The notes: generated by a model not told the origin, from the letters alone. Positions 10,650-24,489 are shown, numbered from the stretch's first letter. The stretch: DNA of 64,000 bases from Octopus vulgaris (GCA_951406725.2 OX597822.1:41602001-41666000); one strand, 5' to 3'. Numbers and translations: made by a program.

Positions 10650-12120
10650 TGTCCTCTCTTTTGAACCAGATGTAATAACTTGTTTTCTCAGCGGCTTCTG
10701 ATAACTCTCTGGCATCACTTTTTGCCTCTTTCGCAGCTAATCCAAACCTCCTGAGCATCGAGTAAACCCTGGTTTCAGCAAATTCTGTAACACTTTACCG
10801 TACAAGGAAGTCATATTGCCTCCCTTCCTTTGTTTACACAAAGTTCAACTAATTCGCTGTCTTTTCTGTCTTTCCTGAGGGAAGTCTTCGCTATTCTTTT
10901 CTCAGAGAAATGTCAGTTCTGTCATCTTTACCACCTTCCTTTCTTCGCACCATATGACAAAGTTGAGTCTCTTTGTGGCAAAAAGGTGAGAATAGATATT
11001 TACCATCAAGGCCAAGAGAGACCTCTCGAGTCCCCCCACCCACCTATTCTGTACCATTCTCCTTCCTTGCAGTGGCTGACTTGCAGTGCAAAACTTTATC
11101 TTATTCTCCACTACTTACGGTCCTTTCGTTGTTAATTCACTTTACAATTTCCACCACTAACTCAACTCGTACTCTTAGTATTTTGTTATGCTTCCATGTG
11201 TATCTGTACTCCAGACTAGTAGGCAATCGAAGAGAATGTATCCCATCGTTTCAACTTTTCCACATTTGCGCAGACCACTTGCTTCTATCTTCCAACGCGT
11301 TAGGTTTGCAGGACAGTAAGCACGTCATAAACGGAACGTATCAGAAAACCTCTGGCTCACATGACCAAAGTTCTATCTATCCAACCTTTCGCCTAACCAC
11401 AAACTTCTCCCAAGTAGTACACTGTCCCTGTTGGCAACATTGTACCAGCTCCATATGGCGGTTTTCGCCTCTTCTTTTGTTATCTGGTTAGATATTATAG
11501 CCTGTTTCATTCAAGGCATGGTATAGTTTAAACTCGTTGTTTCCAAGGCCTTCTCTATTGGTCTATGTGTGACCAATTATATCCCCATATTCTAGGGACA
11601 CCACAAACTTCTCTGTTACTTATGAAGTTATCCACTTTCCTTGAGTTCTCAACTCTGGTGGAGGAGGAATGGATGATGTAATCACTTGAATGGTACAGTA
11701 TCAGTACTGCTCACAACTTTTTGTACTGCTCACAACTTTTTGTACTGCTCAACTATTCATGGAGTGGGTATCTCTAATGGACTTTCGTTCCTGCAAAAAG
11801 CTGTGATTGCAAGGCACTATGGCAATCCTTGCCATCTGCGAATATTGATGTTACAATTCCATTCAATTTTCGCAACCCGTATCAGTGCAACTTTCAACAG
11901 AGTTAACTGAAAACTCTCTGAAACATGTCATGCAGATGTCTGACCAGCAAGGGGAAGCGGCTGACCTCCCCTGTTCGAAGGTTATAATGGACACAGGTTC
12001 GTGTGTCATATAGCTAGCTAGAGGCGATGGCCTCTTGGAGCTAATCAACGGCAGCTTTAGTCTTAAATTTATGGACTGCCATATTAACTTGGCGATAACT
12101 GTTAATTTCCAGTACCGCTG
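10650..12120 (-). pseudogene. Decayed REL-endonuclease LINE (HERO/NeSL-like), C-terminal half
   Basis: Minus-strand remnants QQGQCTTWEK, LWSCEP, YRYTWKHNKIL, VIWCEERKVVKMTELT and ELSEAAEKTSYYIWFKRE, with many stops. Confidence 0.7.
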
Positions 12121-12317
12121 CCGTAGTCTCCTTTAGAGAGACTTAGAAATTTTAATATTTCTAAAGTTATGATTTAATAGGCAATGATATAATTTCAGAA
12201 ACTTTGAAATATCTCCTGTCACAAGTTTAGCGAAGTAAGTCTAGTCTTTAAAAGACATTACAATATCAGTGACTATAAAATCCATTACAAGACATTGGCT
12301 TCGACATCTGACACAAA

Positions 12318-12512
12318 ACCAGTAAGTTCGGGAAAATGGGTAAGTCGATTACATCGACCCCCAGTGTTCAATTGGTTCTTGTTTTATCGACCTCGAAAGG
12401 ATGCAAGGCAAAGTCGACACCGTTGGCATCTGAACTCAGAACGTAAAGTAAGAAGAAATCCCGCTAAGCATTTTTCCCGGTGCGGTAACGATTCTGCCTG
12501 CTCGCAGCCTTA
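12318..12512 (-). mobile_element. SINE family B (Meta-SINE-like core)
   Basis: Reverse complement of TTCTGAGTTCA...GTCGACTTTGCCTT.CATCCTTTCG.GGTCGATAAA. Confidence 0.8.
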
Positions 12513-12812
12513 AAAACCATTACAAGATATTATAACATGTCAAACTTTATGATAAGGATTTCAAAAGCTGTAATCTTTGTATTTCTCAAAATCTAGGAAT
12601 TCATACCATGAATCGAAATATTGTTGAAATATCTGAAAATATCAAAGTGAAAGAGTTGTTAGAGTATCGGATTGAACGCCCAGTGTTATCTGTTCCGATT
12701 CTATGCGCTCGAGTTGAAATCTCGCTCTGCATCCTTTATCTGGGGTGCTAACCGAAACATTCGCCTGGGTTTCTAAAGTCCCCACTTTTCTAACAATGTA
12801 TGTATGTCTGTT

Positions 12813-12959
<147 letters not shown>

Positions 12960-13699
12960 GCTAGAAATTAATGTAAACAGCTATGCGCAATGTTATACCA
13001 TAAAGGAAAAAACTTAATCGTCACTAGGTGTGAATAAGGGTGTTGAAGCACCTACATTGCTAGAAATACTCTTAATACTGTTGGAAGAGCGCAATGTATA
13101 CACATACTGACAAGGGAGGTAACCGCCCCATGCCCACCTCTAAGATCACCAGACTAGGCCTAATTTCGCCTATACCGTAGGCAACGTCAATGGTGATTAC
13201 TCAGACGGGGACAGTCTGCCAGCATAAGTATATTTATCATAAAAATTTATGGATGATTTAGCGAAATGCTAACGCGTATACTAAAAATATATATAAACAG
13301 CTAGGTGCAATATAATGGAGGCGGTTGTGAATATTTGTAACAAGGGGGCATCTATCACTAAACAATATTACAGCCGAATAAGAAACATATAGACCTCGGA
13401 ACTCTCTACATTCAATAATACAGTGTCCCACAATGTATTTGCAGTGCGAGTACTCTTATCAACGTTTGGGTTATTGATTGGACACTTAATAAGATACGCC
13501 ATTGATTTGAAAACCAAGAAGATACTGACCAGCTCTAATAATTTTTCACATCAACAGCGACGCAGCCCGCTTCTGGCTAAAACGAAAACAAGAAGGCAGA
13601 GGCATTTGAATATTGTATCATATTCTTTCGGCAACATCTTTTAACCAAGTTTCGAAGTGCATCCTTTGACCAAGTTTTCATACACGAGGAAGGTGCACG

Positions 13700-14790
13700 A
13701 CTCTACCGCAACGTATCATCAGATAAAAGGATGAGTGTATGTCAACAGAAGACTATGCATGGTTATGTTAGCAAATAGCTCCAGAATGACAGTAACATTG
13801 ATCATCAAAGCAGTTTATCATGAACCAACAGTCAGATTACTAACTCTCACATTGAAGAGTATGCGTTTGCAATCCTGGAATAGCAACCAAATACCTAATG
13901 CACAAAGGAGTCAAAGACGCAGGGAAAATGCCAAAATATGATACCCAATGCGGACTTTGTGAAGTTAACACCGAGGATATTACCCACATCATAAGCAGCT
14001 GTCCAAAAACTTCATCGCTTCATTATCTACCGATGAGGCATGATGTTGTAGCCAAGACACTATATAATGTGATACGTCGTAAGATTAATCCTAAGGCCAA
14101 AGAAATAGGAACCCAAAGTATGGTAGAGGCCATACTCATGATATGAATGAGTACAAGTGGAATGTCAAAGTTACAACTTCAATAAAATGTAAACATAATA
14201 AACTAAACATAGGGGTTTTCGGACAGAGAAGAGAAACTATTAACGCAGTGGAAATTAGCTGCCCGGCGGATGTCGTCAGAAAGCTAAAGATCAGTGAAAA
14301 ACAAAACACCTACGCTGAACTATTGAGAAATCTACAGCGACTCTACCCGGATTATAAGTTCATGTTTATGCCTGTAATTATTGGAGCGCTGGGATATGTA
14401 ACAAACAGGCTAAACACCAATCTTGAGGAATTAGGCTTCTCAAAACTAGAAAGAAGAAAGCGAATTAGAAGATTACAGATTCAAACTATCGCTGGAACTG
14501 TAAAAATTTGTAAAACTTTCCAGAAGTTATATATGCGCATGTCTCGACACGCAATTATATATACATGAGAAGACATGCATAAAACAAATCATACAAATCT
14601 GGACATACACTGACACCAAATACTGCACACATACGCATAAACATGCACAAATATCCTGTTGTTGTTGAAATTCCAATGAAGGGTTTTGGGATCTAAGTTA
14701 GAAACTGGTTCTTTCTCTATTGACAAGAAATCTTGAAATGAAATTGAGTAACATACAGACAGACACTTAAACCCACATACATGCTTACAT
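13700..14790 (+). pseudogene. REL-endonuclease LINE 3' portion (R4/Dong-related) ending at (CATA)n
   Basis: CCHC knuckle CGLCEVNTEDITHIISSC, RHD motif, VEISCPAD, PVIIGALG; frameshifted. Confidence 0.85.
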
Positions 14791-14959
14791 ACATACCATA
14801 CATACATATATACATACATACATACATACATACATACATACATACATACATACATACATACATACATACATACATACATACAAACATACATACATACATA
14901 CATACATACATACATACATACATACATACATACATACATACAGCTCCAGCTTCTATATC

Positions 14960-15248
14960 CACACTATGAATTCATATTCATACCAATTGGAGCACTAGGT
15001 TTTGTAAGTAAATGCTTAAAGGAGAATCTGGATAAACTGGGATCTTCAGAAAGATAAATCGACCGGCTAATTCGTACATAACAAGTGCAATCTGTGACTG
15101 GAACAGTATAGATATGCAAGATTTTTCTCAAGTTCCGAATGTGAATTTGTCTGTGTTTACTACATCCCAAAGATGGAGTCTTGTATCTTTGTTGGAAACC
15201 GGCGCCCTCTTCAGTGGAAGATTTATAATAATTCAAAAACAGAAGAGA
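14960..15248 (+). pseudogene. Short 3' fragment of a related REL LINE between (CATA)n tracts
   Basis: YEFIFIP-IGALGFVSKCLKENLDKLG...QVQSVTGTV parallels 14350-14510. Confidence 0.8.
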
Positions 15249-15302
15249 CATACATACATACATACATACATACATACATACATACATACGCACACACACT
15301 GA

Positions 15303-15341
<39 letters not shown>

Positions 15342-15625
15342 CAGCAGCAGCAGCAGCCCCCAACTACTGTTTGTAAATACTACCAACTCCTCACAACACC
15401 ATTATCTCTACTCTGGTTATAAACAACAGCCAAGGTCGGAGATCGGAGTGAGCGGGTGTGGGTGCGGAGAGAAATGTAATACCCGAGTCTCACTCATCGC
15501 TAGATACGATGAGTTAATAGGGGTGGACGGGTAGTTAGGCTTGGGTGAACATAGAGATAATGTAGAAGGTGGATTTTGTTATTGTCATCTGTCTCTGTGG
15601 CTTATTTTGTGTGTATACATACGTG

Positions 15626-15700
<75 letters not shown>

Positions 15701-15777
15701 TGGTGGGGTGTCAGTGCTTGTATGACTGTCTGTGTTTTTATGTATGTGCGTGTGTGTATCATTGTTTATTTCTAATC

Positions 15778-15847
<70 letters not shown>

Positions 15848-16222
15848 GTGTGGCGGTCAAGTGACGCTGACCAGACCACTGCGTCTGGTTCGGTCCTAAC
15901 ATTAACATTGTCTTTTGACACTGAAAACATTAGGGTAGGTGTGTGGTGATGCTGTTGGAAGTGGTGGCGATGGTGCTGGCATCATGAGTACAGTGGCGGG
16001 GTAGGTAGCGATGTTGGTGTTAGTGTCGGTGGTAACGGTGGCGACGTTGGCAGCAGTGCTGCTGCTGGTGGTGGTGGTGGTGGTGGTAACGAAGGAGCGA
16101 GTTACTGGCTCACTAGTAGCTAATGGTATAGTGGTGTTTAAGTTGTATGGTGGGGGAGGGCGGTGGTTGCTGATAGTAAAAGGATTTGTTTATGGTGACC
16201 ATAAAATCTGGAAGAATCTCAA

Positions 16223-16624
16223 CATAGGCGCAGACGTGGTTGTGTGGTAAGTTTGCTTCCTAACCACATGGTTCAGTCCCACAGCGGGTTCAGTCCCACT
16301 GCGTTGCACCTTGGGCAAGCGTCTTCCTCTATAGCCTCGGGCCGACCTAAGCTTTGCGAGTGGGTTTGGTAGACGGAAACTGAAAGAAGACCATCGTATA
16401 TATATATATATGTGTTGGGACGGTCTGCTTTTATCCCCATCACCGCTTGATAACTGGCGTTGGTGTGTTTACGTCTCCGTAACTTAGCAGTTCGGCAAAA
16501 AAGACCGGTAGAATAAGTATCACGCTTTAAAGAAAAAAGCTACTGGTATCGATTCGTTCGACTTTTAAGGCGGTGCCCCAGCATGGCCGCAGTCCAATGA
16601 CTGAAACAAGTAAAAGATAAAAGA
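16223..16624 (+). mobile_element. SINE family A
   Basis: Full-length similarity, with a small internal duplication of GGTTCAGTCCCAC. Confidence 0.85.
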
Positions 16625-17412
16625 TGTTTTTCATCGACCCAGAATATATGAAAGTCAAACTTGACACCTGTGTGATTTGAACTCTGCAATTAGAGACTGT
16701 CATTTACTCTCGCAATTTGCCCTTTTTAACCACATTTACAGTTCTAATGGGAGAGTATGTCCACGTCTTTTCCCATCCATTCCCCTTCAGACCTCATCTC
16801 TCCCCACTTTGAAAGAGATTTTCGAGCTGAGTTTGATTTCAATATTGGTAGTGACCGAAAGTAAAAACTGAGAAATATGAAATATATAGTTTTGTTGTTT
16901 TTGATAGCAAGATTAACGGTTAAACTTTGGCGAAATAACTGTTTATGACTGGTTATTAAATACAACTTTATCTTCTATACACATTATGGCGGCTGGACTT
17001 AATAGTGACACAAAGAAAGTGGTTTGTTGGAAAATAAGTTATCTGACGACACTACGTTGCTGACAATCGGTTTTCCGAGAATAAAAAACGAAAGGCATGA
17101 AAAACACATTAGAACGTTAGAGAGGAATGCGATATCAATGAACAGGAGAAGAATTTCGTTGTTTGGTAAAAGAAGTCAGAAGAAAATCAATAGGAATATC
17201 CAAAAATATTTAGTCTCAGTGGAAAATAATAATTTTATTCATTGCTTTATATGAGAACTTTCTCCATTTTGTTGTGAAGGGATATAAGAACGATATCTGT
17301 AGTGTTAGGACAAGTCAAAGCTACTGTGGAATGGATCCATTAAAATGTGATATATAATATATAATCTATGGACGCCGATCTCGGGTGATGTTTACTAACA
17401 TTGATTCAGAGA

Positions 17413-17427
17413 CCGCTAGATGGCGCT
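17413..17427 (+). promoter_or_regulatory. CTCF-like core motif
   Basis: CCGCTAGATGGCGCT is close to the CTCF consensus CC(A/G)(C/G)YAG(A/G)(G/T)GGC(A/G)C and lies in non-repeat-looking sequence. Confidence 0.5.
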
Positions 17428-18339
17428 GTCTTGCTTCTCTGAGACTGAGGAAAAACAAACTATAAAATAAACTGAGTACATCTAAAATGGTCGTTAAGAG
17501 CGATTTATTACCTGTTTTATGTCGTTTTTGTCGTTGCTGTTGTTTCAGTTGTTGTTGCTGTTGTTTTTTCTATTATTGTTTTTTTTAATTCATACTGTTG
17601 GTGTTGTTGTTGCTTTTGTTGTCATTGTTGCTGCTGTTTTGATCGGTGATTTTTTTTATTTTTTTTTATTGTTTTTGCGGCTGTTTTAAGTGTTCTAAAT
17701 AAATTTATAGAATTCAAAAATTAGATGAAATATTGAGCTGACGGATGTAAAATTTGTGGTGGTGGTGGTGGTGGTGGCGGCGGCGGAGGGGGACAGCGGT
17801 GTTTTTATTGTTATTGTCGTTTATAGTGATGGTTGTGATAGTGGTGGTGGTCGTCGTCGTGATCGTCATACTATTGTGAACTGTTGTTTTTGTTGTTTAT
17901 TCCGCAGGTTAGTCATAACTAAGGTGACCTTTGATCAAAGATATTCCAGACATGACTAACCGTCCATCTCCCCGACATTTCATAGCTACGGCTACATTTT
18001 CCAATGTCAATCTCCATTTGCAGACGATGAATTATAATTTGAGGGAGAGTAACTATGCTTTTCACGTGGAGCGACCGACCACAAAGAGGTTCCTTCATTG
18101 AATCAGTGAAACAGTGCTACCACACAGGATAAATAAGTACAAAAGTTTTGTTACAAGAACGATGTTTATTTATTAAACGTGTGAAAACTTTTCCTGTAAA
18201 TGTTGTCACCCAGAAACAAACAACTACATCACTACATTACCACGTGACTATTTCTTCTTGAAATTTAGTTACGTTACTTGAGATACACCGACATATTGTA
18301 CTTCCTGTTTATTAGTTAGGACCACAGAATATGAAACAC

Positions 18340-18785
18340 AATACAGCCCCACAGCATAGATCTATGGTATAGGATTGCGACATAGGGTCAGAGTATAAGG
18401 GCGTAGCATAGGGTTGCACACAATCTTTATTTAACCCTTTTGATACCAACCTGGCTGAAACCGCTTCTGGCTCTGTAGGACAAATGTCTTGTTTTCATAA
18501 GTTTTGAGTTAAAATCTTCCATCAAACCTTTGTCACAATTTATGTTCCTAACACTAGCGTAATGATAACTAAGTTATTTTACTAAATTCTTTGTTGTATT
18601 TAAAATTAATTGAAACAAACACAGAGAATCTCAAAATAAATACGGTAACGAAAGGGTTAAGGTCACAATGTAGGTTCACTGCATAGAGTCACGGTATAGA
18701 TGACAGTTTGGTGTCATGGCTTAGGTCCCAACATGACGTCACAGTATAGGGTCAAGTATTGGGTCATAATCATGAGGTCATAACT
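18340..18785. repeat. Degenerate minisatellite of about 15-17 bp (GGGTCACAGTATAG-like), interrupted by a MITE
   Basis: Repeated AGGGTCA/CAGTATAG/CATAG variants on both sides of 18435-18656. Confidence 0.6.
18435..18656. mobile_element. piggyBac-type MITE
   Basis: TTAA|CCCTTTTGATACC ... GGTAACGAAAGGG|TTAA: imperfect TIRs with TTAA TSD. Confidence 0.85.
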
Positions 18786-18990
18786 CCTTTTGTCTACCAA
18801 GGCGTTCCTGCAGTGATCGAAGCTTTTCTTGAATTTATTTTTCGTTAAATGGATGAATTCCTCATTAGTCGTCTGGATGAGATGAACTATTTACTCTATC
18901 AAAGCTACGGGTGGCACAATCATCGCGGTATAGAACACCTAGATGAATGGTCAGTTGCTTCTGCTGTGCTCTAAGCATGGCCAAGATATA

Positions 18991-19302
18991 TGAAGGCGCG
19001 TGGCTAAGTGGTTTGGGAAGATCGTAAGGTCCTGAGTTCGATTCCTTGTGGGGCGTTGTGTCCTTGAGCAACACACTTTATTTCACGTAGCTCAATTCCA
19101 CTCAGCTGGCAAAAATGAATAGTACCTGTATTTAAAAAGTTCAGCCTTGCCACAATTTGTGTCACGCTGAACTTCTCTGAGAACTACGTTAAGGACACGC
19201 GTGTCTCTGGAGTGCTCAGCCAATCGCATACTAATTTCACAAACAGGCTGTTCCGTTCATCGGGTCAACTGGAACCCTCGTCGTCGTAACCGACGGAGTG
19301 CT
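18991..19302 (+). mobile_element. SINE family C
   Basis: tRNA-like head (TGGCTAAGTGG...GAGTTCGATTCC); second copy at 62100. Confidence 0.85.
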
Positions 19303-20276
19303 AGTTACCACGACATATGTTTTCCAAAGTCTCAGCCCAGATATAATGATCTTAATAGCTCTAAGAAGTGGGATCACTATCAAATTTCCGATTGGCTTGC
19401 AATGTTAACTTCTATCTGTTGTAGGTTAGTGTTTTATCCATGGAGAAGATTTGTCTATAATCTGCTTATGATACTGAAACCGGAATTGAATGTCTGCATC
19501 TTAAAAGCTAGTGTCTTTGAAATTTTCACAGAACGACGTACCTTGAAGATACTTTAATGAAAATTTTAAAACACTGATGTTAGTTATTGGCTCAGTTGTT
19601 ACAAGTGTCACTCTACTTAACAAAAGGTCAACGGTTCGTGTCTCGTCACGAAAAGGCATCGGACTTCACAGACAGATATCTTAGATCAGACAATCTGATT
19701 ATATTTGAGAGGGCCACATAAATAATAACCTTTACTTGTCATGCGTGACTTAAATACTCTCAGAAATACTCTCAAAGAAAAGCTTACATTACAGAATATA
19801 GCCAAAATAAAATTTTCACTTTCTATTTTTCAATGAGATAGAGGATCATTAGAAAAATAAATTGGTAAAAACAAAAATGCGAACATTTGAATAATATGCA
19901 AAATCGTAAAATGTTATATAAATGTAAATGTATGTAAATATATGTAAATATATTTAAATTTATCTTCTTTCATTTATATTCTTCGCTATTTTGTTTTCGC
20001 AAAAAAAGAATTGATACTGAGAGAATGTTAACAGGCCAACTCAAAGACGCTCATGAAATGGATATATTTCACAATCACATTTTAAAATGTATGAGAAAAT
20101 GATTCACAACTAAACTAGCCTGCATTTTACAAGACAAAATATTTAAATTACAGATCTTTTATCTCTCACTCTCTCTTTCTTTCTCTCTCCCTCTCTCACT
20201 CACTCTCCCTTTCACTATCTATCTATCTCATATATATATATATGTGCATGTAGAAAAAATATATATACATTTATAA

Positions 20277-20308
<32 letters not shown>

Positions 20309-20342
20309 GCGTGTAAGTATGTAGGCATGTATGTATGCATTT

Positions 20343-20385
<43 letters not shown>

Positions 20386-20856
20386 GTATGTATGTAAGTA
20401 TGTATGTATGTATGTATGCATGCATGCATGTGTGTATATCTAAAGAGAGATAGACAAAGAGAGAGACAGAGAGAAAGAGAAGTTATAATGTATTTAACAA
20501 CGAAATATAGTTAGTCTCGCTGTAAAAAATATAACCCTCAGTTTGACCATAACAGAAACTAGACTCGTGGAGATATCAGACTAGTTGCATTTCTCTCTGT
20601 ATATATACATTATAATACAAACACACGCGCACACACACACATACATATATACAGAGGCGAAACTAGAAGTCCCAGTCAAACCACTTTATCTGTAATAAAT
20701 CTAAATCTATTAAAAATATTGAACCCTTTCGACCATAAATGTTTATTGTCTTATAAATTTGTGTGATTAAGAAGCTCGCGTCACAACCACATGGTTTCAA
20801 TTTCAGTTCCACCTTAGGCAAGTGTCTTTTACTATAGGCGCCGGGCCGACCATTTT

Positions 20857-20904
<48 letters not shown>

Positions 20905-20946
20905 ACATACGCACACACGCACACACACACACACGCTCACACACAT

Positions 20947-22081
20947 AAGGTGTTTCGGAGTAAATTAGACAGTTTGCATAAAAGGAAAAAAGAACAAAAA
21001 TTATAAATCTTTATATCTATAAACGGCAAAATGTCTGTGTATCTGTGTGTCTGAGTGTCTGTGTGTCCTTTATACAAATCCACAGTTTTTCACGTAAAAG
21101 GGTCGCATTTTCTATGGGCTTTCAAAACTATCTGAGGGTGGTCGGGAAGATCTTTTCATTTCCCCAGTCACCCCAGAAAGTCATTAAAAAATCGATAAAC
21201 CGACCCCTTATGATCATAAGTTATGGGCATATCCATTCAAAATCACTAAAACATAGAAATTTGTACGCGGTCCGTGCGTACAGCTAGATACGCCAATAGG
21301 CTGTCGTGTTTTTTGATTGGACGGAGATAATTTTATCCTTGACAGTTGAATGCGCATGCGCATTTGTAGACAGTCTGTATGACTCAGCGCATTTTTGTGT
21401 TTTCCGAAGACGCGTTATCATGTGTGTTGGCTTTCAAACGTGCACGCTTTTTTGATTTGAGAAATGCAGGGAATAATTAACGAGTTAGACCAAGTGACTG
21501 ACAAGAGAGCGGGTTTTTCACGAAAGACCAAATATGCTTGAGTAACACTAGACCCAGCAACGCCGGGTCATAGTGCTAGTCCAAAAAAATAAAAGTATAT
21601 TAAAAACAATTAAAACCTATCCATTAAACTGTGGTTAGGAAATAACAGTTTACTTAGAGTAGCCACCGCGGCCTCAAGACGGCTCCGGAACCTGCAACAT
21701 GTCGTCTGAATTGAGCCTAAGACCCTGTTCATCGGTTGTTGAATGAACTCCAATGTATAGGCGGACTCAGTACGCCTGTTGTGTCCCTTCCTGTTGGCCA
21801 CGGCTTTTTATTCTCCGTTGCCGCCGTCCATGTCACGTCTTAAATCCTTTGCAGAGTTCACAGAGCACTGAGCAACAGTCATGATGTTGACATTTTCACA
21901 CCCGAGTTATTAAGATACAGGTAACTCTTTTCCAATATTCATATGGTTTCCAATCTTCCATGTCAGATAACTTTTTTTCAACAACAACTTTATGTTTTCC
22001 ATCGCTGTTTACTATTCGCCACTACATCAATCTGTCCCTGAAAAAATGAGTTACAGAAAGATCATCAAATTTAGCTAGAAC

Positions 22082-22086
<5 letters not shown>
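20947..22086. mobile_element. Non-autonomous Tc1/mariner-like element
   Basis: Imperfect TIRs AAGGTGTTTCGGAGTAAATT / AATTTAGCTAGAACACCTT with TA flanks; minus-strand remnant CRFRSRLEAAV resembles a transposase C-terminus. Confidence 0.55.
21008..21579 (+). mobile_element. Non-autonomous Helitron nested in the Tc1/mariner-like element
   Basis: A|TC start, 3' hairpin GACCCAGCAACGCCGGGTC, CTAG|T end, no TSD. Confidence 0.8.
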
Positions 22087-22116
<30 letters not shown>

Positions 22117-22264
22117 AGGTTTGGATTTGATTTGAAAAGCCCACTCGATTGGGAGAAAGCGCTAATCCGAATGATATGATCTGAATGATATGATATATAT
22201 GTAAAAAATGTAATATATAAATAAATATCTATAAATATGAACCATCCGATCTGATTACCTCATT

Positions 22265-22314
<50 letters not shown>

Positions 22315-22404
22315 TATGAATATTTTTATTTTAGAGATAGTAGGCCCCTTCATCTCACCATATAAAAAGAATTTTTATTTTAAATACCTACTGTTTTAAT
22401 ACTT

Positions 22405-22499
22405 GGCTACACGTGTTTCATGAGGTACATCCTCCGGTTCCTAAACCACTCCGTGTTTTCCTGGAACCCTTCTTAAAATGTAACCCCAATCATCAGACC
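22405..22499 (-). ncRNA. Putative type I hammerhead ribozyme with long stem II
   Basis: GGU-CUGAUGA-[UUGGGGUUACAU...GGUUCC...GGAACC...AUGUACCUCAU]-GAAA-CACGUG-UA-GCC; palindromic stem III, GUA site. Confidence 0.6.
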
Positions 22500-22899
22500 C
22501 TTATATCACTTTATCAACATTTAATACAATAAACTTTATTGTATTGATGATTGGGGTTACATATTAGAAGCAAACACTAAGTCATGAGCACAATTAAGTA
22601 CCTCAAATATATCCAAAATAGAAATTCTCCAGCCCACTCGAGACACGTGCGATTCGAAATGAAAACTCTCATAGAGTGAGAGAGTCCGGAAGTGAACACT
22701 ATTAAATTTACATCTAATATAGGATAAAATTTTTCGAAAAAAATGTTATCAATGGCCAGCATATTAAAAAATACCTTTAAAGGTTAAATAAGTTGTTTAT
22801 ATATATATAAGATTGCAGAAGATTGTTCTACACTTTAAATTGATGTAATGAAATGATTGCATTGTTCAATACGTGATGGCTGCAAAGTGAGTTCGAGGT

Positions 22900-23480
22900 A
22901 AGTCATAGCTTGAGTGTTCTTATAAACATAAGCAGCACGGATGTGGCTTTCATCCCTGCTTCAGACCTACACTCTTTTGCACAGACGAGCCAACGATGGG
23001 CGCCTCTAGTACCAGAAGTTATGTGAGCTTTCTACCCACACTGCCACATGGCATTCTTCATTGAGTATTTTCCCCTTTTCTGCCACGGCCAGCCATAGTA
23101 TGCAACACATAACAGAGATGTCAAAAGAGGTGTTAAAAATCAAGTAATATTTGCGCCTGAAATCTTATCAAGTGGGGAGAAATATTGCACAGAGCCAAAC
23201 CCAGTCTCCAAACAACGTATTCATTTGCCCCAAAACAAGAATTCGTCTTCATCATTGAATGCAAACGAAGTCGCAGTTGTTACATCAGATTTTTCCTTCT
23301 CCTAAAGACTAAACAAAAACGTGGAGTCTTTCACTCTCACCTGTTGAATAGGCGTCGACTCTACTGAGTTCATTCGTCCTTTAACAAGTTTTCTTTTTCG
23401 CCCTGTAGGTCGTCCAACGAAAACTAATCTTCTTGCCAAGCAGCTTGGTAGGGTTCCCGTTTTAGTATCCGACGCTCAGA
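22900..23480 (-). mobile_element. Possible LINE (RTE-like) 5' region
   Basis: Minus strand AGTCTTTAGGAGAAGGAAAAATCTGA resembles RTE 5' UTR motifs; no clear ORF. Confidence 0.3.
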
Positions 23481-23616
23481 CGATACAACAGGATGTATTC
23501 AGTTTCATGTTACCGGTTGCACTAAGAGTGACCAGTGCATTCTGACACGCACACGCATGCATGTACACATACATACATACATATGTATATTCATATGTGT
23601 ACTTATACATTTTATT

Positions 23617-23665
<49 letters not shown>

Positions 23666-23726
23666 CAGACAGGCAATTAGATATACAAACAGCATACACA
23701 CGCATGCACACGCATGCGCTCACGCA

Positions 23727-23778
<52 letters not shown>

Positions 23779-23829
23779 AACTGATCAAACTACAGACGCC
23801 AAGAAAATAATTAAGACAAAGTAAACAAT

Positions 23830-23905
23830 AACACGGTCGTTATGGAAACATTCCGGAGTAAACTGGTTAGACCGGAAATGACGGAAATAGTTATATCGGA
23901 AGGAT
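23830..23905. promoter_or_regulatory. Promoter-like motif cluster (RFX X-box-like site plus several ETS-like sites)
   Basis: GTCGTTATGGAAAC, CCGGAAATG, CGGAAAT and CGGAAG within about 70 bp. Confidence 0.35.
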
Positions 23906-24489
23906 TTGTAGCGAGGATTTTACTGGAATCATTCTAGATTGTCAATAACCAACCATTATGAAATATTTCCTTCTCCGATTACACCCGATAGGATTTCATT
24001 TGTTTTCTAATTTGTAAACAGATATAACTGTGTGGTTAATAGGCTAGTATTGCAACTATGCGGTGCTAAGATCGATCCCAGTGTAATTCGCTTTGGGCGA
24101 ATACCTTCGAATTTAATTTCTGTTGACCAAATTGATATTTGTCCGAAAATCTGTTTTATTATAGATGTTTTCGATCTAGTTTGGATTCTTTGCCATCAAA
24201 TTTGAATTCTTTGGAATCAAATTTGAATTTTTCAATTGGTGCTCAAGCCTTGAAACACAAAGAGAGTTAAACTACATCAGATGTAAGGGAATACATGTCT
24301 ATCTTATCTAACTCGTCCAGTAGAGCCCACTAATTGATATCTGAAAAGTTTGATGAAATGACTAATGAACACTGCGATAGCTTCTACCAAAAGATGCTCC
24401 ATTACTGACCATCCCTTGACCATTAGCACAGTACAGTCGACGAATTACATCATACTGTGAGCATTGTGAAGTGATCAATTAATAAATTT

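Noticed and set aside
13110-13225. GC-rich segment with GATCACCA/TGGTGATT and AGACT/AGTCT pairings, possible HDV-like or twister ribozyme
   Set aside because: I could not fit either consensus by eye; an Infernal search would be needed.
22630-22682. Second hammerhead-like string on the minus strand
   Set aside because: Both core boxes deviate and there is no supporting copy in the window.
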